A stretch of 64,000 nucleotides of DNA from an uncultured Actinomycetes bacterium (lineage in GTDB: Bacteria; Actinomycetota; Acidimicrobiia; IMCC26256; DASPTH01): contig CAVOMW010000012.1 of NCBI GenBank assembly GCA_963697125.1, positions 6,893 through 70,892 of the forward strand, written 5' to 3'. Both the position numbers and the translations under genes were made by a program. Below are positions 57,683 to 64,000 of this stretch, piece by piece; the first letter of the stretch is position 1, and each line of letters begins with the position of its first letter. The notes beneath the pieces are model-generated. The model searched no databases, had not been told where the DNA came from, and worked only from the letters and a program-made list of their open reading frames with translations.

Positions 57683-58707
57683 CTAGCGGTTCGACGCGCC
57701 GGTGAGGCCGCCCTCGTGCAGCTCGACCGGCTGCGCGGTCTGGCCGCCGATGATCTTGGCCATCAGCCACTCGCCCGCCTGCACCGGTGGGTAGCGCGGC
57801 GTCTCGCCGTCGGCCACGCACGACGGGATCGCAGTGAGCGTGACCGACGGATCGCCGTCGAGGAAGCGGGCGATCGAACGGCGGCGTGCCACCCCGTCGC
57901 CCGGCGCGGGCGGCAGGACCCGGTGCATGGTGGACACCCAGCGGTCGTTGGTCCACATCGCGAGCATGTCGCCGAGGTTGCACACGATCGAGCCCCGCGG
58001 CGGCACCACGTCGTGCCACGCACCGCCGCGGAGCACCTGCAATCCCGGCACCGGGTCGGCGACGAGCAACGTGACCATGCCGTAGTCGGTGTGGCCACCG
58101 AGTCCGGGTTGGTCGGGGAGCGGTTCGTATCCGGGACCGCGGAGGTAGTGGTTGCAGCGAGTGGTGACGACGGCGTGCTCGGCCCGCGACACCAACCACT
58201 CCTCGGGGAGATCGAGCGCCAGGGCCATGGCGCGCAGCACGACGTCGGCCACGTCGTGCAGCGCGTGTTCGAGCGCGTCGACCGCGGCGCGCAACGACGG
58301 CGGCGCGTCGGGCCACACGTTGGGTGGGAACCAGTCGCGGTAGTCGTCGTAGAACGCGTCGGTGGTGTCCTCGCGCCCGATCGAGAACGCCTCCATCAGA
58401 TCGGGCGGTGACTCGCCGCCGGCGGTGTACGCGAGCGCCTGGGCGCCGTACGCGGTGTAGCCGATCATGCCGTCGGCCTCGGGGGCGCGACGGAGCGGAG
58501 CTTCTCGTCCAGGGCCAGGTCGAAGAACGCCTGCCACGCGTCGAACGCGTCGTCGACCAACGCAGGATCGACGCCGTGCCCGGTGAGCAGGATGAACCCG
58601 CTGCCGCGCCCGGCGCGGTCGAACGCGGCCGCCACCTGCGCGTGGTCGGCCGCGCTGCCGGTGCGGAACGGCGCGAGGTCGATCTCGTGGATGGGCAACT
58701 CGGGCAT
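57683..58707 (-). CDS. Isopenicillin N synthase-family 2OG-Fe(II) oxygenase
   Basis: GFILLTGHGV, HTDYGMVTLL, NLGDML..WTND.W.ST.HRV, RRS. Confidence 0.9.
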
Positions 58708-58740
58708 CGTCCCAGCCGACCACATCGTCGCCGCCGGTGG

Positions 58741-58758
58741 GTTTCAGGGATGTGAAAC
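58741..58758. promoter_or_regulatory. Palindromic operator-like site
   Basis: GTTTCA-N6-TGAAAC between gntK and the oxygenase gene. Confidence 0.45.
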
Positions 58759-58761
58759 GCG

Positions 58762-59253
58762 TCAGCCCACGGCGGCGAGCACCCGGGCCGCGACCTCGTC
58801 GGCGCTCCCGCTGGTGGCGTCGACGCGCACGATGTCCTCGCCCAGCTCGAGGGTCGCGAGTTGGCTCGCCAACAGGCCGCTGCCGGCGAAGTGCCCGATG
58901 CGCGCTTCGAGCCGGTGCGGTGAGGGTCTCGGCGTCGACGTCGAGCGCGACGAACGTCAGGTCGGGGACGCCGTCGCGCAGCGCGTCGCGGTACGAGCGC
59001 TTGAGCGCCGAGCACGCGAGGACCACGGGCCCGTCGCCGCGGCTGCAGCACTGCTTCGCGCACGCGCGCCAGCCACGGCGCCCGGTCCGAGTCGTCGAGC
59101 GGGCGGCCTGCCTGCATGTCGGCGATCGCCTCCGCGCTGTGCAGGTCGTCGGCATCGATGAACGGTGCGCCGAGCTTCGCCGCGCACGATGTGGCCGACC
59201 GTGGTCTTGCCCGCTCCTGCGACGCCCATGAGCACGATGCGGGTCGCTGTCAC
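58762..59253 (-). CDS. Gluconokinase (GntK/IdnK type)
   Basis: MGVAGAGKTT, DADDLH, PLDDSDRAPWL, ACSALKRSYRD, GHF...SQLATLE. Confidence 0.88.
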
Positions 59254-61055
59254 GCCTCCACATTCGCACTCGCGGGCACTCGCGCTTGCCGCGAGGTACG
59301 CGCGCCAGCCGCCGTGCGCGGTGATGTCGGGCGCGTCGGTCGAGCGCGTGCGGCTCGCACAGGAACCCGGGCACCTCGGTGCCGTCGGCGAGCAGCACCT
59401 TGCCGATGCCGAGGGGCGCCGGGATGGCCGCGACGAACTCGCCGAAGCCGGCGGCGTCGATCGCCCACACCTCGACCTCGATGGCGGCGCCCTCGCCCGG
59501 CACCCGTACCAGCCCGGGCTTCGGCGGGGTGGTGGCGAGCGTGTGGAGGCGGTACTCGGCGGCGGTCGTGGTGCTCGCGGACAGCAGCGCGCCGCGGTCG
59601 GTGAGCTGGTGGTTGAGCGGCTGGCCGCTGAGGTGCGCGCCGACGACGGCCAACCGGAGCGGTCGCGTCGCGAGCTGCGCGTCGGACGGCGTGGGCGCGG
59701 CCGGGCGTCCGCCCGCCGGCACCGGTGCGCCAGCGCCGTCGAACGCGGGCGTGGACATGCGCGCGAACGTGGGCGCGAGCGCGAGCAGCGCGCGTTCGCT
59801 CGCGCCGGGACCGACCAGGGTCACGCCGAAGGGCAGGCCGGTGGCGCGTCGACCGGCCGGGACCGCGAGCGCGGCGAGCCCGAGCGGGTTGACGAACGCG
59901 GTGAGCTGCCCGAGCTCGACGCTCGGACCCACGAGGTCCTCGAGCGCCTCGGCGAAGGTCGGCACCCGCGCCACCGTCGGCACGACCAGGGCGTCGACCC
60001 GCGACCACCACGCTCCGGCCGCGGCGTCGCGTTGCGCCCAGAGGGCTTCGCCCGCGCTCACCAGCTCCGACGCGGTGGAACTCGCGCGCCCGCTGCACGA
60101 TGCCGAACACGGCCGGGTCGATGTGAGAACGGTGGGCGAGCGCGAACTCGCCGAACGCGGCGTACCGCTCGGCGAGGAGCGCGCTGCCGTACAGCAGCGC
60201 GCCGGCGTCGTACATCGGCGCGGCGTCGACCTCCTCGACGACACACCCGCGCGCGACGAGGTGCGCGACGACACGCTCGAAGCACGCTCGGGCGTCGTCG
60301 TCGCCGTGCCAGTCGATCGGCGTCGGGATCCCGATGCGGGCGGGCGGTGCCGCGGGACCGGTGCCCACCCCCCACACGTCGTAGATCGTGTCGGCGTCGG
60401 CGGCGGTCCCCGCGAACACCGACACGCAGTCGAACGAACGCATCGCCGGCACCACGCCGTCGTTCGTCAGCACGCCCGGCGCGGGCTTCGCGCCCACGAT
60501 GCCGCAGAGCGCGGCGGGGACGCGTCCGGAGCCGGCGGTGTCGGTGCCGAGCGCGAACGACACCTCGCCGGTGGCGACGACGATCGCCGACCCGGAGCTC
60601 GAACCGCCCGCGATCAGCGCGGGATCGAGCGGATTGCGGCACGCGCCGTAGTGCGGCGCCCGCGTGCCGACGAGCCCGGTGGCGAACTGGTCGAGGTTGG
60701 TCTTGCCCGCGAACACCGCGCCCGCGGCGAGCAGTTGCTCGACCACCGGGGCCGACCTCGCCGGCACGTAGGAGAACTCGGGACACCCGGCAGTCGTCGC
60801 CACGTCGGCGACGTCGATGTTGTCCTTCACCGCGAACGGCACCCCGGCGAGCGGTAGGTCGGCACCGGCGGCGAGGGCGGCGTCGATCTCGGCCGCGCGT
60901 GCCCACAACAGGTCGGGCGACGGCTGACTGATCCAGGCCTCGGGTTGCGGAGCACGCGACCGCCGGGCCAGGAGCTCGCCCACCACCGCGGCGGCGCCGT
61001 CGCTCGCCGCGAGCCCGCGCGCGTCGGCGATCGACCAGGGTGTCGGGTCACGCAT
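59250..61055 (-). CDS. atzF: Allophanate hydrolase
   Basis: VKDNIDVA, GKTNLDQFATGLVGTR, GGSSSGS, GTDTAGSGRVPA, AVVGAHLSGQPLN, DITAHGGWRAY. Confidence 0.92.
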   Translation of the reverse strand: MRDPTPWSIADARGLAASDGAAAVVGELLARRSRAPQPEAWISQPSPDLLWARAAEIDAALAAGADLPLAGVPFAVKDNIDVADVATTAGCPEFSYVPARSAPVVEQLLAAGAVFAGKTNLDQFATGLVGTRAPHYGACRNPLDPALIAGGSSSGSAIVVATGEVSFALGTDTAGSGRVPAALCGIVGAKPAPGVLTNDGVVPAMRSFDCVSVFAGTAADADTIYDVWGVGTGPAAPPARIGIPTPIDWHGDDDARACFERVVAHLVARGCVVEEVDAAPMYDAGALLYGSALLAERYAAFGEFALAHRSHIDPAVFGIVQRAREFHRVGAGERGRSPLGATRRRGRSVVVAGRRPGRADGGAGADLRRGARGPRGSERRARAAHRVRQPARARRARGPGRSTRHRPALRRDPGRSRRERTRAARARAHVRAHVHARVRRRWRTGAGGRTPGRAHAVRRAARDATAPVGRRRRAPQRPAAQPPAHRPRRAAVREHHDRRRVPPPHARHHPAEARAGTGAGRGRRHRGRGVGDRRRRLRRVRRGHPGAPRHRQGAARRRHRGARVPVRAARARPTRPTSPRTAAGARTSRQARVPASANVEA

Positions 61056-64000
61056 CGGCGACCACCACGACCAGCGGCGTGCCCGCCGCGACCAGCGCAC
61101 CCTCGTCGCACACCATGCGCACCACGGTGCCACCGATCGGGGTCGGCACCGACGACTCCGTCTTCATCGCCTCCAGCACCACCACCGGAGTGCCGGGCGC
61201 GACCCGATCGCCCTCGCTGACGAGCAGACGGGCGACGCAGCCGTGCAGTGGCGCCTCCACCACGAACGCGCCGTCGGGCAGCACGCCGAGGTCGTGTTCG
61301 CCGGGCGCGACGGTCGGCTCCACCGGCTCACCGCCACGGGTGAGCTCGCCCGATGCGGCCCACCGCGTGCGCTCGTCGCCGAACGCCGCTTCCCGCCGGG
61401 CGCGGAAGGCGTCGATCGACCCCGCGTGCTCGGCGAGGAACGCGCGGTGCTCGGCGCGCGAGAAGGTCCCGGCGTCGATGCGGAGATCGAGCCGGCCGGC
61501 CGACGCGTCGGCGCGGAGGTCGAGGAGCTCGTCGGCGCCGACCGGGTACCAGCGGATCCGGTCGAAGCACCGGAGCAACCACGGCTCGGCCGCCGACGTG
61601 TGCTGTTCTCGCCCGTAGGTGCTCCACACCGGAACCGTGCGGCCGACGAACTGGTAGCCACCGGGACCTTCCATGCCGTAGATGCACAGGTACGCGCCGC
61701 CGATGCCGACCGCGTTCTCGGGCGTCCACGTGCGGGCGGGGTTGTACTTCGTCGTGACCAGGCGATGGCGCGGGTCGACCGGCACCGCGACCGGCGCGCC
61801 GAGGTACACGTCGCCGAGACCGAGCACGAGGTAGTCGGCGGCGAACACGATCTCGCGCACCGCGTCGACGTCGTCGAGTCCGTTGACCCGCCGGATGAAC
61901 TCGATGTTCCACGGGCACCAGGGGGCGTCGTCGCGCACGACGCGCATGTAGGTGTCGATCGCCTCGCGCGTCGCGGGGTCGTCCCACGACAGCGGAAGAT
62001 GGACGACGCGGCTGTCGACGACGACGTCGTCGAGCGCGGGGAGCTCGTCCTCGGCGCGCGCGAGGAGGTCGACGACCGTGTCAGGGGTGTGGTCGCCGGG
62101 GTCGAACTGCACCTGGAGCGAGCGGATGCCGGGCGTGAGCTCGAGCGGCGTGAACGTCGGCTCCGTGGCCAGCCACTCGCCCAGAGCGTGGGCGCGGAGG
62201 CGCAGGTCGAAGTCGAGCATCATCGGCCCGTACTCCACGAGCACCGCGCCGTCGCCTTGAGCGCGGTACGTGACCTGCGGCGTGTCGTCGTGCGCGGGAC
62301 GGGTCGCGAGGACGGTCGGTGCCGGGGTGCTGCGACGCGTCGGTGCGCGGTCGCGGCCGGCGCGCCGCGCGACGACGCGATCGTGCGCCTCGTCGCGATC
62401 GACGGGCACGAACCGCACGCGGTCGCCCGGCGCGAGCTGACCGAGCTTCCAGCGGTCGGTGGCGATCACCGTGACCGGGCACGTGAACCCGCCGAGGCTG
62501 GGCCCGTCGGGACCGAGGAGGATGGGCATGTCGCCGGTGAAGTCGACCGCGCCGACGGTGTACGGCGTGTCGTGCACGTTCGACGGATGCAGCCCGGCCT
62601 CTCCGCCGTCGGCGCGCGCCCATTCGATCGCCGGTCCGACCAGCCGCACGCCCGTGCGCGACGAGTGGTGGTGCACCTGCCACTCGGTGGCGTAGAAGGC
62701 CTCGATGCCCGCCTCGGTGACGAAGTCGGGCGCGGCGTGCGGCCCGTCGACCACCGCCAGCTCCCACGAGTCGGTGAGTGTCGGCGGCTCAGTCACGCCG
62801 AGGTTCGCGAGCGGCAGCGAGCCATGGAGCAGGTGCAGCACGTCGCCGGTGCGCAGCTCCCGACCGCCGTGGCCGCCGAAGCCACCGAGGGTGAACGTGG
62901 ACGCCGAGCCGAGCACCTCGCCCACGTCGAAGCCGCCCTGCACCAGCACGTACGCGCGCGCAGTCCGGGTCCGGAGCGACTGCCCAGCGCGAGCACCTGG
63001 TCCTCGCGCACCGGCACCGCGACGTGGCGGTCGACGGGTCGGCCGTCGAGCGTCGCGCCCATGTCGGCGCCGGTGACGCACACGACCGTGTCGGTGGCGA
63101 AGCGCAACGTGGGTCCGATGGCGGTGCACTCGAGGCCCGGCGCGCCGTCGGCGTTGCCGAGGATGCGGTTGCCGAGCGCGAACGAGCGGTCGTCCATCGG
63201 CCCGCTCGGGGGCACGCCGACGTGCCACAAGCCGACTCGACCGGGCAGGTCCTGCACGGTCGTGGTGCCGGCGACGATCACGTCGACCGCGTGCCGCGTG
63301 TACCGATGGCACTCGAGCGTCGACGTGGTGACGGTGCCGGCGCGGAACGCGGGCGCGTCGACGAACTCGGTGAGCAAGCCGAGGTTGGTCTCGATGCCGC
63401 GCACGGTGGTGCGCGTGAGTGCGTCGTGCATCGCGTCGACGGCTGCCGCGCGCGTGGCGCCGTGCACCACGATCTTGGCGAGGAGCGGGTCGTAGAACGG
63501 TGGCACCTCGGTGCCGTGACGGACCCACGTGTCGACGCGAACATGGCTTGGCGAGGCGTCGTTCGGCCCGGCGGTCTCGGGCCACGACGCCTCGGTCACC
63601 AGGCCGGGGCTGGGGACGAAGTCGCGTGCCGGATCCTCGGCGTACACCCGCGCTTCGATCGCGTGACCGTGCGCGACCGGCGGTTCGACGGCGGCGGCGC
63701 GCACGAACGCGGTGTCGCCCGCCGCGGCGCGCACCATCCACTCGACCAGGTCGATGCCGGTGACCGCCTCGGTGACGGTGTGCTCCACCTGGAGGCGCGT
63801 GTTCACCTCGAGGAAGTGGAACTCGCCGGTGTCGACGTCGAGCACGAACTCGACCGTGCCCGCCGAGCGGTAGCGCTGCGGTTCGAGGAGTGCGCGGGCG
63901 GCGTCGGCGAGCGCGGCGCGGGTGGCGGCGTCGAGACCGGGCGCAGGCGTCTCTTCCAGGACCTTCTGCCGTCGGCGTTGCGCGGAGCAGTCGCGCTCGC
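61048..64000 (-). CDS. uca: Urea carboxylase (guanidine-carboxylase type); 5' end outside window
   Basis: QRRRQKVLEE, FLEVNTRLQVEH, LHPSNVHD, KYNPARTWT, MEGPGGYQFVGRT, C-terminal EAMK biotinylation site. Confidence 0.93.
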   Translation of the reverse strand, partial: RARLLRATPTAEGPGRDACARSRRRHPRRARRRRPRTPRTAALPLGGHGRVRARRRHRRVPLPRGEHAPPGGAHRHRGGHRHRPGRVDGARRGGRHRVRARRRRRTAGRARSRDRSAGVRRGSGTRLRPQPRPGDRGVVARDRRAERRLAKPCSRRHVGPSRHRGATVLRPAPRQDRGARRHARGSRRRDARRTHAHHRARHRDQPRLAHRVRRRARVPRRHRHHVDARVPSVHAARGRRDRRRHHDRAGPARSSRLVARRRAPERADGRPLVRARQPHPRQRRRRAGPRVHRHRTHVALRHRHGRVRHRRRHGRDARRPTRRPPRRGAGARGPGARAGQSLRTRTARAYVLVQGGFDVGEVLGSASTFTLGGFGGHGGRELRTGDVLHLLHGSLPLANLGVTEPPTLTDSWELAVVDGPHAAPDFVTEAGIEAFYATEWQVHHHSSRTGVRLVGPAIEWARADGGEAGLHPSNVHDTPYTVGAVDFTGDMPILLGPDGPSLGGFTCPVTVIATDRWKLGQLAPGDRVRFVPVDRDEAHDRVVARRAGRDRAPTRRSTPAPTVLATRPAHDDTPQVTYRAQGDGAVLVEYGPMMLDFDLRLRAHALGEWLATEPTFTPLELTPGIRSLQVQFDPGDHTPDTVVDLLARAEDELPALDDVVVDSRVVHLPLSWDDPATREAIDTYMRVVRDDAPWCPWNIEFIRRVNGLDDVDAVREIVFAADYLVLGLGDVYLGAPVAVPVDPRHRLVTTKYNPARTWTPENAVGIGGAYLCIYGMEGPGGYQFVGRTVPVWSTYGREQHTSAAEPWLLRCFDRIRWYPVGADELLDLRADASAGRLDLRIDAGTFSRAEHRAFLAEHAGSIDAFRARREAAFGDERTRWAASGELTRGGEPVEPTVAPGEHDLGVLPDGAFVVEAPLHGCVARLLVSEGDRVAPGTPVVVLEAMKTESSVPTPIGGTVVRMVCDEGALVAAGTPLVVVVADA

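Noticed and set aside
59250-59330. AtzF C-terminus reads in frame into the gluconokinase (apparent fusion)
   Set aside because: A GGAGG RBS and GTGA overlap at the gntK start point to separate genes; one indel would explain the read-through.
1-64000. Frameshifts in most genes, suggesting mass pseudogenisation or programmed frameshifting
   Set aside because: The indels are spread uniformly, including in conserved enzymes with intact motifs, which is typical of unpolished long-read consensus.

Overview
Very GC-rich window, probably from an actinobacterium (gene content resembles Acidimicrobiia; this is inference). Nearly every gene has several 1-bp indels, most likely long-read consensus errors, so genes were reconstructed across frames and their ends are approximate. 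Layout: (1) 1-14.7 kb: an exopolysaccharide/surface-glycan locus (LMW-PTP, degenerate WecA/MraY-DUF4012 fusion, CapD-like dehydratase, GT4s) interleaved with a RiPP-like modification module. That module has a nucleotidyltransferase, an HprK-like kinase, two stand-alone PqqD/RRE proteins, a Cys/Thr-rich protein with a Tat-like WxxP leader, and an RRE-thioredoxin-pseudokinase fusion; it is the best candidate for an undescribed system. (2) 14.8-18.4 kb: ClC, MarR, MOSC, FMN reductase. (3) 18.6-31.3 kb: GT-C-fold membrane glycosyltransferases and two PAP2 paralogues, with recurring 11-bp-period TTCA boxes. (4) 31.6-35.8 kb: bactofilin-like protein, HtrA, anti-sigma/STAS pair, tRNA-Arg(ACG). (5) 35.8-41 kb: island-like segment with a hydrolase, micro-ORFs and HipBA. 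(6) 41-58.7 kb: catabolic and regulatory genes, including a divergent PanC paralogue, an ECF sigma with a questin-oxidase-like partner, and an AlkZ-like gene flanked by REP-like hairpins. (7) 57.7-64 kb: 2OG oxygenase, gluconokinase, allophanate hydrolase and a guanidine-type urea carboxylase (partial). No CRISPR array, rRNA, integrase or transposase was seen.
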